DNA of 58,775 nucleotides, filler included, from Stramenopiles sp. TOSAG23-2 (lineage: Eukaryota): NCBI GenBank assembly GCA_900128395.1. It is 4 parts of 4 records of this genome, joined end to end, with 100 filler letters (N's around TTAATTAATTAA, not from the genome) between each part and the next. Parts side by side here need not be neighbours in the genome. Positions count along the whole stretch, not along the records: positions 14,767 to 29,416 come from LT649751.1; positions 29,517 to 44,098 come from LT649752.1; 2 more parts are not named here. One strand, written 5' to 3'. The notes beneath the pieces were generated by a model that worked only from the letters and a program-made list of their open reading frames with translations, was not told the origin of the DNA and ran no database searches. The translations under genes were made by a program, and so were the position numbers. Below are positions 22,601-32,978 of the stretch, one piece after another (the first letter of the stretch is position 1; each line of letters opens with the position of its first letter).

Positions 22601-25600
22601 ATGAGTAGCACTAGTCTAAAAGCAAGACGGTTAACAGCAACAAGCAATAATAATAATAATGATAATAATAGTGATAAAAATGATAACAGCAATAATAATA
22701 ATAACAAGTACCATGATAAGAAAAAGAGGATTATGCAATCTAGTGCAACGCCATCTAAAACAATGAAAGTGAAAAAAGATAATAGAAATAAATCTGGATT
22801 TCGTTGTACACCAGTAAAAATATTATTATGTTTCCTTTGTGGTTGGATTTCACTAGGTACGCTTGGTGTATTACTTTATGCAAAACAACATACAGCAGAA
22901 GTTCAAACTATGATAAATACCAATTTTCCAGGCTATCATTTTTCATTTAGGAAAGAACCTTTGCGCAAGCAATTAATGAATGTGCAACGATCATTGAAGA
23001 GAGAAAGGGAAAAAAGATTATCGTTGTTTAAAAACGCAAAAATGCTACTATCGGCAGAACAAGCAAAAGTATTAAAACTAAAAAAACAATTAAAAACTGC
23101 TGGTGTTGCAATACTTGGTGGTGGCGACGATGACGATGGTGCAGATAGTGATAAATCTGTTGATAATCAAATTAATCAATTTTTTACGTTGGTAAAACAA
23201 CAAAGTGTCAGCCAAATTAACGATGTTGTTGATACGGCAGAGGAAGAAAAAATGGATCAAACACTTTATAATTTACACAATAGCATGTCAGAAAATGATA
23301 TGTCTTTCTTTTTGTTTGGACCTACATTGCAACGTTATTTAGGTGGTCAAATCCCACTTGAAGCTGGAGGTGGCAGTGGCATCGCTAAATATGTCCGTGG
23401 TCTTCATATTGGCGTGTGGTTTCATGATAGTTACAATACAATTAATAAACTAAAATCCATTTTTGAAAATATAGGATACGTGATGCCATCTGGTAAACGA
23501 AATGCAGTACCTGGAATGCCTGGCGATTTGATTTTTGTAGAAAAAAAGAGAAAACGACATCAAATATTAACGCCTGTATATGTTTCTCCATTTTACAGAG
23601 GCCAGACGTTTGTGTGGCATGGTGGTAAAACTGGTCCCAAAGTATCATACAATAATTTTTTAACTACAGCTACAGAAGCTAGTTTATTGAATAACGATGA
23701 TGAGCAAACTACTTTATTCATACCGACAAACCCACAAGAAATTTTTAAAGAGCAGCGTGGAGATACATTAGCTTTTGGCGGTCATAATCAAAGAATTTCA
23801 TCACCGACAATGTCTCAACCAGCTAATTTACTTGTCTCCTGTTTAGATAGCGCTCCTTATGATGGGTACAACGATTATGACGACGAAGGCGACGATGTTA
23901 AGACAGGAAAGGAGGACGGTGTTAGTTCTGTGAAAACTAGCGATGGTAATAGTGATGGAGGAAAGATAGAGGAAAAAAATAATGGCAAAAGTAATAGCGA
24001 AAATAGCGAAATCAAGAAAAAGAAACAAGACTCCAAAACTAGCAAAAATTCGCAGCAGTATATTAAACCAACAAAAGATGTGATAGAGATAGTTGATGGC
24101 AATAAATTTGTGTTTCATAAAACTATCGCAACCGACTCTGTTTCAAGCGTCATTAATAAATATCACATATCTGAAGCAGATTTTAGAACTTGGAATGAGT
24201 TAACTGGTGATATGAAAGTTGGAGAAGAATACATTGTCCAATTGTCTTTGCACGGTAAAGCAAAAAGTGGTGAAGGTAATAGGAGAAGAAGGCGACTGTT
24301 ACGATCGGATGACGAACTTTTAGGCATCGTCCGACAATTTTCCAAGTCGAGTGTTTCTAAACGACAAGAAATTTGGAAAACTGAAATCTTAAAATTATCT
24401 AAATCGGACCAAGAACGTATATTGGGACTTTTGGAGAATATGCCTCAGGAAGAAGCAGATCATTCACCCGCTAAACCAGCAAAAGAAAAAGAAAAAAAAT
24501 CAAAAGTAAAGACTTTAAAAAATGTAGTGAAAAAAATTCAGAAAAAGAAATCACAGAAACAAGCAAACTCGTACAAAAAGAGAGGAAAGCGGGGTGAAGA
24601 ACCTGCTCCTAAAAAGGAAGTCAAGAAAGTTGCTTCTAAGAAGGAGGCTAAAATGCATGTTTCGGAAAAAGAGGTCAAGACAGTTGCTTCTAATAAGGAG
24701 GCTGAAAAGCCTGTTACGAAAAAGGAGGCAAAGAAAGCTACTCCAAAAAATGAGGCAACAAAAACCCAAAGTAAACAGCGGAAACAAAGCGAGATTGTGA
24801 AAACGAATCAAGTTAGCAATATCAATAACAATAACAAAAAGCATCAAAATGATGATGGGGACCTTTTTAACAAGGACAAAATAAACCAAATTTTAAGAAA
24901 ACACAAAGAGGAGGAAGAGCTCGATAAGAAGCGACAAACTACTATGAAAGAAGCAGAAGAAAGTAAGCCGAAAGACACACAGAAAAATAGTAAATATACT
25001 GAGCCAAAAAAGAAACAATCGAGTCAAAAAGAAGCTGAAGAAACATTACCTCATTCTAGTACAGTCTATGTGGCCAAAGATGGCGATACAATAGAAACAG
25101 TATCTAAAAACTTTGGTATTTCAGCCAATACATTAAGGGCTTTAAACGGGTTAGATCCAAACAACAAGGAAGATATAATTGAGTCTGGTGAATCATATAT
25201 TATAAGTGTCCCAGGTGTAAAGCCAGTTGCTTACAGTGATAATGATGATGCGCCATCATCTAATTTAATGAACAAACATAAGCAAGAAGATTCCACTCCA
25301 ACTGATAGTAGCAAAAAGCAAAATGAAGCAAACCAAGCAACTAGTACCAGCGATAACAAAGACGGAAAGTGTGAAAATTCCTGCCCGTATGCAAATGATG
25401 GATCGTGTGATGATGGTGGAGAAGGTGCTGAATATTCCTCGTGTGAGCTTGGTACTGATTGCGCGGATTGCGGTGTTCGTAAAAGCAAAGGAGGATCATC
25501 GCCGTCAGCAGCAAAAGCTGTTGCGAAAGGGGAGAATCAGCAACAACAACAGCAGCAATCCCGCGTAGCGGACCATGTTAATAACCGTCCAGTCAATAGT

Positions 25601-27493
25601 GAAATGCCAAATACAAATGACAATGCAATTGGGGCCCATGAGCTGACGGTCCCCAAACAGGATGCGTTTGTTGATGATGGAAAAGAGGATTTATTATCCG
25701 ATTCTTGGGAAGATGATGCGAAGCAATTTGACTACATTAAAGATACTGATAGTGATGATGATCTTATTGATAAATATTGTAGTAATAATTGCCAGTATGC
25801 TAGTGATGGCATTTGTGATGATGGTGGTAGTGGTTCGAAGAGCCAAGTTTGTAAATATGGAAGTGACTGTAATGATTGCGGCAGCCGCGCACCATCAAAA
25901 AGTGGCGATGCAAAAGCAAGTGAAAAGCCAAAAGTTGAAGGGAAAAAAAAACTATATTATCCAATTAGTATTACAAAGAAATTATCAAATGGCGACACCA
26001 GTGAAGTATTCTTAGACAATACTTTTATATACCACACTTCGAAGAAAAGCGATACTATTGAGACATTAGCCAAGCTTTACAACGTCAATGACAATATGTT
26101 ACGTCATTGGAATCATTTGGTAACGTCGGAGGATATTGTTGAAGGTACTGAATATCTTGTATGGCGTGGTGATCCATCAGATCAAAAAGTCACAACATTA
26201 AATGAAGAAACAAACGATAAAAGTAGCAGTAGTGGAAGCAGTGGCACTGAGAAAGCTGCAGACAGTTCCTCCAGCTCTTTAACTAATACGAAGGACAACA
26301 GTAAAAAATCTAATACACCTACCCCATTGTACATAGGTGGGCAATTTTATGCCGACTTAGAAGCTTTAAAGAAAGGTGCATTTGCCCCGGCAACGCTTAC
26401 TAGCCTAAATGTTGGCCAAAAAGTTTTTGTTAGATCTGGTTCAAGCGTGCATAGCAATTTTTGGTTTCGTGCACATATTATAGCCCAAGTGACTGGAAAA
26501 GGGAAAAATGGCCAAGAGACTACCATGTACAAAGTCGAACCAGTTAATGATAATGATCCAAATGCAAAAGTGCATGTTGGTGAAAAAATTTCCCGTGAAG
26601 ATATTGTAGTAGATGAAGTAGCTAAAACATCCGAATTATATGATGTAATACAAAATATTGGAAGAAAAGGCAGTCGGCAAGGACATGTAATTATTTTCGG
26701 AAGAATTTCTGGTATAGTCGGTGGATGGGATAGTATATTGATCTCACCCACAAACGACGGAAGATTTACAGCTCAAACGGAGAGTCTTAAAGGCTTAAAA
26801 CGAAATAGTTTAAGTCCCCAGTTTTTCCGCATATATGACAATAATGGCCACGCCCGTGTTGGTAAAGGTGGAAGCAGAAGCGGGGGGAAAGAATTTGCAA
26901 AATTTGTCAGAATGGCAAGTACCCAAACATTATATTTAGCTGAACATGTATTGCGCACAAAGAAAATAGTTTTTTGGCTCTCAGGATCCACTGTAAGTGC
27001 TTGGAGGCAAACGTGTACGATTGTACCTGATACTATAAGTAAATATGGCAAGCATGATGTCAATCTTGCCGTGCACTTTTTGGATTGGGAAAGAAGTGTT
27101 AAGAAAGATTTGATGCGATACGGATTTGAATTATTGTCGGTCAATGGAGCGGAATTAAAAAAAGAGACAGACGATGCGACAATGTTTCAAGGGCTTCAAT
27201 ATATTTTTTCACGACCAGTATATTGTAATTCAAAGCAAAAAAAAAGTCTCGCGCATGCTAAACCAGAAACTTTAGCAATGTGCGATGGTGCTGGCATGAC
27301 AAAATATGTGAATAATTTTCAAGTACGTTTGGTAATTGATGTATACCATACAAAACATAACCCGAAAAAAGAAACCGAGTTATTTGCAGGTAAATTTGAT
27401 GATGAAGGTGTATTGACAGGTCTGGTAAAAGAACCATTATTTGAATTGAAGTGGGCCGAGTATCTTGGGAGAAGGTTCCGAATTCCATTGTAG
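22601..27493 (+). CDS. Large type II membrane protein with three LysM domains and two CDDGG/DCxDCG Cys modules
   Basis: First ATG at 22601; one TM (ILLCFLCGWISLGTLGVLLY). LysM-like segments are DSVSSVINKYHISEADFRTWNEL, VAKDGDTIETVSKNFGISANTLRALNGL and SDTIETLAKLYNVNDNMLRHWNHL. The motif CxxxCxYAxDGxCDDGG...CxxGxDCxDCG occurs twice. Confidence 0.88.
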   Translation: MSSTSLKARRLTATSNNNNNDNNSDKNDNSNNNNNKYHDKKKRIMQSSATPSKTMKVKKDNRNKSGFRCTPVKILLCFLCGWISLGTLGVLLYAKQHTAEVQTMINTNFPGYHFSFRKEPLRKQLMNVQRSLKREREKRLSLFKNAKMLLSAEQAKVLKLKKQLKTAGVAILGGGDDDDGADSDKSVDNQINQFFTLVKQQSVSQINDVVDTAEEEKMDQTLYNLHNSMSENDMSFFLFGPTLQRYLGGQIPLEAGGGSGIAKYVRGLHIGVWFHDSYNTINKLKSIFENIGYVMPSGKRNAVPGMPGDLIFVEKKRKRHQILTPVYVSPFYRGQTFVWHGGKTGPKVSYNNFLTTATEASLLNNDDEQTTLFIPTNPQEIFKEQRGDTLAFGGHNQRISSPTMSQPANLLVSCLDSAPYDGYNDYDDEGDDVKTGKEDGVSSVKTSDGNSDGGKIEEKNNGKSNSENSEIKKKKQDSKTSKNSQQYIKPTKDVIEIVDGNKFVFHKTIATDSVSSVINKYHISEADFRTWNELTGDMKVGEEYIVQLSLHGKAKSGEGNRRRRRLLRSDDELLGIVRQFSKSSVSKRQEIWKTEILKLSKSDQERILGLLENMPQEEADHSPAKPAKEKEKKSKVKTLKNVVKKIQKKKSQKQANSYKKRGKRGEEPAPKKEVKKVASKKEAKMHVSEKEVKTVASNKEAEKPVTKKEAKKATPKNEATKTQSKQRKQSEIVKTNQVSNINNNNKKHQNDDGDLFNKDKINQILRKHKEEEELDKKRQTTMKEAEESKPKDTQKNSKYTEPKKKQSSQKEAEETLPHSSTVYVAKDGDTIETVSKNFGISANTLRALNGLDPNNKEDIIESGESYIISVPGVKPVAYSDNDDAPSSNLMNKHKQEDSTPTDSSKKQNEANQATSTSDNKDGKCENSCPYANDGSCDDGGEGAEYSSCELGTDCADCGVRKSKGGSSPSAAKAVAKGENQQQQQQQSRVADHVNNRPVNSEMPNTNDNAIGAHELTVPKQDAFVDDGKEDLLSDSWEDDAKQFDYIKDTDSDDDLIDKYCSNNCQYASDGICDDGGSGSKSQVCKYGSDCNDCGSRAPSKSGDAKASEKPKVEGKKKLYYPISITKKLSNGDTSEVFLDNTFIYHTSKKSDTIETLAKLYNVNDNMLRHWNHLVTSEDIVEGTEYLVWRGDPSDQKVTTLNEETNDKSSSSGSSGTEKAADSSSSSLTNTKDNSKKSNTPTPLYIGGQFYADLEALKKGAFAPATLTSLNVGQKVFVRSGSSVHSNFWFRAHIIAQVTGKGKNGQETTMYKVEPVNDNDPNAKVHVGEKISREDIVVDEVAKTSELYDVIQNIGRKGSRQGHVIIFGRISGIVGGWDSILISPTNDGRFTAQTESLKGLKRNSLSPQFFRIYDNNGHARVGKGGSRSGGKEFAKFVRMASTQTLYLAEHVLRTKKIVFWLSGSTVSAWRQTCTIVPDTISKYGKHDVNLAVHFLDWERSVKKDLMRYGFELLSVNGAELKKETDDATMFQGLQYIFSRPVYCNSKQKKSLAHAKPETLAMCDGAGMTKYVNNFQVRLVIDVYHTKHNPKKETELFAGKFDDEGVLTGLVKEPLFELKWAEYLGRRFRIPL

Positions 27494-28117
27494 CATGTGA
27501 TATTAGAGGACGAATATATAAAAATTTTCTATCTGACGAATATATATTACACGATTTTATGATAGTAGATCCTATATATCATACGAACCGTATGTAAAAA
27601 AAGGTTTTGAACACCAGTCATATTTTTGATTAATATATATATCTGGTATATTAACATATGCTAAAATGTCCTGATTTTGGACATTTTACGTCCACCAGTT
27701 ATGACATACGAAAAAAGAGTATAAACCTATGATATGATATAAATATGTTAGATACGATATAATCTCGTATAATATACGAACGTACACAAGAAATTTATAT
27801 AATATATATGAGTAAGAGAACATTTTATATATAATATACATATGAGTAAGAGAAAATTTTTAATATTTTATATTAATATAATAATCTTCCAGACCAATTT
27901 TATCCATTAAATGATGATAATAATGAATTATCAAATAATGATTTAGGAGGAAATCGTCCAGGTGAATATTCTTCAGAATTAGACTTTGGATTATATAATG
28001 GTCAAATACTATGTTATTAATTTTTACTGAATTAGTTACGAATTCGTAAGATGTATATTTTATAATACTTGCACACTCAAAAAACAATGTCATGAGTGCG
28101 TATCTTTGTACGATTCG

Positions 28118-28479
28118 TAACTTAATACGAAGTATATGCATATGTGGGACATACAACATACACAGATTTCTTTTTTTTTTTTTGTTTTAAATAAAAATAC
28201 TCTGAAAATATATAAAACATAGACACGTACCAATACATTAGTCACCATAGCTCCACACACAAATTTTAAAATTTATTAATAATATATAAATAAGTCATAT
28301 TGTTGTTGTATTCTTTTGAAGAGTAGGAATTATCACATGAGTAAATTAAAATATTAAATTTTAACTTAATACGAAGTATATGCATATGTGGGACATACAA
28401 CATACACAGATTTCTTTTTTTTTTTTTTAAATAAAAATACTCTGAAAATATATAAAACATAGACACGTACCAATACATT
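28118..28479. repeat. Near-identical ~120-bp direct repeat (28118-28239 and 28362-28479)
   Basis: taacttaatacgaagtatatgcatatgtgggac...gtaccaatacatt occurs twice, differing only in the poly-T tract. The second copy abuts the PC4 stop codon. Confidence 0.9.
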
Positions 28480-28480
28480 T

Positions 28481-29023
28481 TTAAAAATTTTCAAGCGCCT
28501 TATCAATTCCTTCCATGTGTGATTTAAGTTTTTGATATTGCTCAACTGTTAAAGAAATGCCTTTTCTACCAGGAGCCAATTCACCACCGTCTTTGGTATA
28601 ATACTCGCGTATGTCAATCAATGCTTTTCCCCTAAATTCACGTACAACAACTTTTCTTTTGTTGGAAAGTTGGAACTCAGTTGGAACTTCTTCTTCTTCT
28701 TCTCGTGCAGACGACGCAGCATTTTTTGAAGCCGCCTCCAATTGTCTTTTTAATGCTTCAATTTCCAATCGTTGTTTTCTTTCAGTTTCTGATTCACCTT
28801 GAGGTTTAAGAGCACCTTTTGAGGCATTGCTGCTGCCGTTACTACTGCTACCGTTCTCAAGTTTCGATTTTTTATTATTATTATTATTATCATTGTTATT
28901 ATTCACACTACTAGCTTTTTGAAAACCACCATCGAAATCTTTTCGTTTCTTGATGTTTGTTTTTTTTGGTTCTTGGATTTCTTGTTCTTCTTCATCAAAA
29001 TCATCAATCCATTCAGAAGACAT
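28481..29023 (-). CDS. SUB1: Transcriptional coactivator PC4/Sub1 (ssDNA-binding)
   Basis: FQLSNKRKVVVREFRGKALIDIREYY...PGRKGISLTVEQYQKL is the PC4 domain. Likely start is MSSEWIDD at 29023. Confidence 0.95.
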   Translation of the reverse strand: MSSEWIDDFDEEEQEIQEPKKTNIKKRKDFDGGFQKASSVNNNNDNNNNNKKSKLENGSSSNGSSNASKGALKPQGESETERKQRLEIEALKRQLEAASKNAASSAREEEEEVPTEFQLSNKRKVVVREFRGKALIDIREYYTKDGGELAPGRKGISLTVEQYQKLKSHMEGIDKALENF

Positions 29024-29416
29024 TTTTAAATTGATGCAATGTGTATATCGTTTATCCCTGTACCTAAATGTTTTTATATGTTCCTTGTTGTTTTGCAAAT
29101 GTATTTTAAAGGTTGCTACGGGTTGGTCGTTTATACAAATAAATAAAATACAAATCAATTTTTAAAAAAAATTCATTAACACATTAATTAATTTGATCAG
29201 AGTATAATAAGATGTGTGCTGGTGTGCCAGTGTTATTAATAGTGGGCACCTTCCATTATGATTAGTTTTATTTTTTTCATGATTTTGTTTATTCCATACA
29301 TTTTGCATAAGTACTACTTAGCACAGCCCTAGTTAATTGCTCCTTTTTTGAAAAAAAATTATTTTGCACCTTTTTATGGATATTTTTATGTTGATAAATA
29401 TATAAATTGATATTTC

Positions 29417-29516
29417 NNNNNNNNNNNNNNNNNNNNNNNNNNNNNNNNNNNNNNNNNNNNTTAATTAATTAANNNNNNNNNNNNNNNNNNNNNNNNNNNN
29501 NNNNNNNNNNNNNNNN
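29417..29516. other. Artificial contig linker
   Basis: 44 N + TTAATTAATTAA + 44 N. Confidence 0.97.
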
Positions 29517-30079
29517 TATTCCAGGTTACCTGTGGTAAATATAGATAAAAGATAATACAAAGAAGATAAAAAAAAGAAGAGCTTTTTTTTGCCCGCCGCT
29601 TGTCATTTTTTGAGTGTTGTGGTTCGCAAATGTTGTTCAAAAACCTGGTGCATCGTATTCCCCTGCTATAGAGATTACACACTACATAGCATTGTAATGG
29701 TATTATTTATTTGCCGGTGGTCCATTTCGTACTTATTATATACTAAATACAATAATATACCTATCAAATATACAATGGTTGTGGTATATTGGCCATTTTA
29801 TGATTATTTTTCTTACATTAAATCCATTTTATCATTGAAATCATTCCATACGTGAATTTATTTACAACATAAATAATATTAATTATGAATGACCAAAATA
29901 TCCAAAATATTATGTATCTAAATAGAAATATACGATTTATCGATTCATATTCACATCAACACCACACCACTTCGAACTTCGAAATATTGTATGATTGTAA
30001 AATGTGCTATAATTAATAATATTAAAAATATGACAAATTAAAACATCAACGACAAATCAAGTGCTCAATATTTTTAGGC

Positions 30080-31087
30080 TTGATGTGTCAAAGTATTTTG
30101 TCGCTTTGTGATGCGTCATGTCAACAAACCAAAATTAGTTCAAATCTATGCAACGAAAATTACAATCCTCAATGTCTTGACGCTAGAACGATTAAAGATA
30201 TGGATATTGCGTTGACTTCAATTACATTTTTACCTGACGCCAACGATAATACGATAATGTCAGAGTTGGTACAGGCAACATTGACAGATTGGAGGAATGG
30301 CACTGAAATACAAACACAGGCAGATATGTGTGAGAACAAAAGGCTGTTTGTAAATACATCACAAAACAATGCAACAATATTTGATTGCGCAAAAAAAGAA
30401 TTTATTCCTGGTTCAAACATCATAACTTCAGGCGAAATTCTTATTTTTCAAATAGTATTTTCCTGTTTTAGTGTTGTAATTTTTACGTGGCTATCAACAT
30501 ATAGATCCGCATATGGTAAAGATAGACAGTTGTATACACTATGGGAAATTGTAGAAATTATAGGATGTATAATATTTATGCTAGTTTTGTTCACAAGTTT
30601 AATATTCAATTTAGTTGAATTGTTGAATAGTAACGACCTAATAGCAACATTTGTTTACCATATGTTTGGGATTTTATCAGCAGGGATTGTTTTTTTGTCA
30701 ATAAACATTGCTTTTACTCTTATTGGAAAGAAGCCTATGCACACAAATACGGAAGAGAGGAATATATTTAAACGATATCATACGTTGTTTGAAGCACTAA
30801 CTAATGTCCGCGATGGAAAATATTACTTCCAATACATTATCATGTTTGAAATCTTTGAAATTGGATTACAATTTATAACTTTTGATGCGATGATTCGTCA
30901 TAATGATGTAGAATATGTCTTCTTAGCATCGTTGATAATTAGTCTAAATCTAATTTTTACACCAATTGGATTTTTAGCTATTGTATACAATGAGAATCTA
31001 GGCCGTAAAGTTACCTACATAAGTGATACGGTATTATTGGTAATAATAAATTTGGACCTTTATTACCGGAATCGATTGGGAAATTAA
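30080..31087 (+). CDS. Multi-pass membrane protein fragment with Cys-containing N-terminal region; probably truncated or chimeric near 31035
   Basis: 335-aa ORF with about 5 TM segments. The frame ends just after entering the duplicated LRR block, which is read in a different frame. Confidence 0.65.
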   Translation: MMCQSILSLCDASCQQTKISSNLCNENYNPQCLDARTIKDMDIALTSITFLPDANDNTIMSELVQATLTDWRNGTEIQTQADMCENKRLFVNTSQNNATIFDCAKKEFIPGSNIITSGEILIFQIVFSCFSVVIFTWLSTYRSAYGKDRQLYTLWEIVEIIGCIIFMLVLFTSLIFNLVELLNSNDLIATFVYHMFGILSAGIVFLSINIAFTLIGKKPMHTNTEERNIFKRYHTLFEALTNVRDGKYYFQYIIMFEIFEIGLQFITFDAMIRHNDVEYVFLASLIISLNLIFTPIGFLAIVYNENLGRKVTYISDTVLLVIINLDLYYRNRLGN

Positions 31088-31716
31088 AACGCTTAACTGT
31101 TTTACGTGTTAATGATAACGAATTGGTAGGTTTTTTTAATATTGCACAAGTACATATTGGTAATAATAAATTTGGACCTTTATTACCGGAATCGATTGGG
31201 AAATTAAAACGCTTAACTGTTTTACGTGTTAATGATAACGAATTGGTAGGTTTTTTTAATATTGCACAAGTACAAAAACTTACATTATTGGAAGAAATCA
31301 GTTTTAAAAACAATGAATATTTAGATGATATGTGTTTAGAAAATATACGGGAATGGGCACGTAATCGTGGTGTTAGTTTACAACGAAGGGATAACTTTCA
31401 TAGCTTGGAAATAAAACCAGCTGATCCAGTTACAGAAAGTAGCAGTAGTGAAAGTGAGGATGATGATGGGACATATGTTCGTAAAAAGAGGAAGAAAGAT
31501 GATGATGATGACGACAACGATGAAGAAGGTGAAGAAGCAAGTGATGATGATAGCAATTCATCGGATGATGATGGAAGTACATCGTCTTCAAGTGATGATG
31601 ATGGTGATGATGAAGAAAGTGATGATGATGGTGAAGAATCATCATCATCCAATGAAGAGGAGGAAGAATCCACTAGTAGAGACGAAGAAGAAGAGGAATC
31701 ATCAACAAGTTCATAA
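31027..31716 (+). CDS. LRR protein C-terminal part with acidic Ser/Asp/Glu tail (5' partial)
   Basis: IGNNKFGPLLPESIGKLKRLTVLRVNDNELVG is a plant-type LRR. It is followed by a KKRKK basic motif and a long D/E/S tract. There is no ATG start ahead of the LRR. Confidence 0.75.
   Translation, partial: YGIIGNNKFGPLLPESIGKLKRLTVLRVNDNELVGFFNIAQVHIGNNKFGPLLPESIGKLKRLTVLRVNDNELVGFFNIAQVQKLTLLEEISFKNNEYLDDMCLENIREWARNRGVSLQRRDNFHSLEIKPADPVTESSSSESEDDDGTYVRKKRKKDDDDDDNDEEGEEASDDDSNSSDDDGSTSSSSDDDGDDEESDDDGEESSSSNEEEEESTSRDEEEEESSTSS
31035..31274. repeat. Exact tandem duplication, period 120 bp (in frame)
   Basis: tattggtaataataaatttggacc...gcacaagtaca starts at both 31035 and 31155. Confidence 0.95.
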
Positions 31717-31949
31717 TTATATTTATAAAAATACAGTATGATTATATTGTGATAAGATGTTGGCCTTCCAGCCTTCTAATAATAAAATGATTATCTTGAT
31801 AATAATATCCATCCAAATAATCAAATTACTCTTACTCTCAAGTTTTGCATTTTCTCTCAAAAATTAAAAAATATATTTTTAATGATGCACGAATATTTTA
31901 CATTAACACATTACTGTCATAAAATTTAAATGTACATAAAAATGATTCA

Positions 31950-32429
31950 CTATTTATGTTTCCCCTCGTAATTATTGATATCCTTATTATTAACATGACG
32001 AGTAGAAGTATCACTATTATTACTATTATCGCTTTCTTCACCATCATCATCATCTTCTTCATCTAATTTTGCTTCTTCTCGTTTCCTTGCAGCTTTTTGT
32101 ATCATCAATTTAACAAATTTTTCAAAATCTAGAGCAGCTAATAAAGTATTTAAATACAATGATGATCTATCTGAATTTATTACAGCATCTCTCATATCCT
32201 TTGCTAAGCCCCGCATGGAAGAATAACCTTCATCTTTTACAAACTCTTTCATCTTTTCTTCCACCACTTCAGAAAATTCAGTATACAATTGTGTATAAAT
32301 TAATTTCATTTCATTCTCTTGGTCAAAATGGTGACAATTTTTTTGCATCCATTGGTCTAAATCTGTTTTCATTAAATTAAATACAAATGATGTACATCGA
32401 CGTACTAACATATCGGATGACGACGACAT
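31950..32429 (-). CDS. ARL2/ARL3-binding BART-domain protein (CFAP36/ARL2BP-like)
   Basis: WMQKNCHHFDQENEMKLIYTQLYTEFSEVVEEKM...LLAALDFEKFVKLM matches the BART-domain pattern. Start MSSSSD at 32429. Confidence 0.85.
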   Translation of the reverse strand: MSSSSDMLVRRCTSFVFNLMKTDLDQWMQKNCHHFDQENEMKLIYTQLYTEFSEVVEEKMKEFVKDEGYSSMRGLAKDMRDAVINSDRSSLYLNTLLAALDFEKFVKLMIQKAARKREEAKLDEEDDDDGEESDNSNNSDTSTRHVNNKDINNYEGKHK

Positions 32430-32978
32430 CTCTATTTTCAAATGTTATTTTATATTAATAGATATAAGCTTATATACAATTATCACATATACACAAAAAT
32501 ACACAAAAATGTCAAAACAGAAAAGACACAAAGACAAATTATTATTAATTTAAAATAATTAATAAAAAATATAATTTATTATTTTATTTTTTTTTTGGTG
32601 ATTATCCTAATTTATATATATTATATTTTATTTGTTTTTTCTAAGATATTTTTTTACATTCTATGATGAAAGTATATATATATATAGAGAGAATAAAAGT
32701 CAATAGTCTATGTAATATCTATCTATATTACTTTTATAATTTAAATTATCAAAGATATATATATATATATATTTTCACTATGATTTATGACTATTTTATT
32801 ATTTTCAATTATAGTGAATAAAGTTGAAAAAAAAATTGCATGATGATATATTTATATAATATGTAATAATAGAAGAAGAATATAGACAAGACGGGTAAAA
32901 AAAAATACAAAAAACACACACATATATTATGTGTATAAATGACGACATTAGGAGTAGCTACCATATATGATGCACTCT

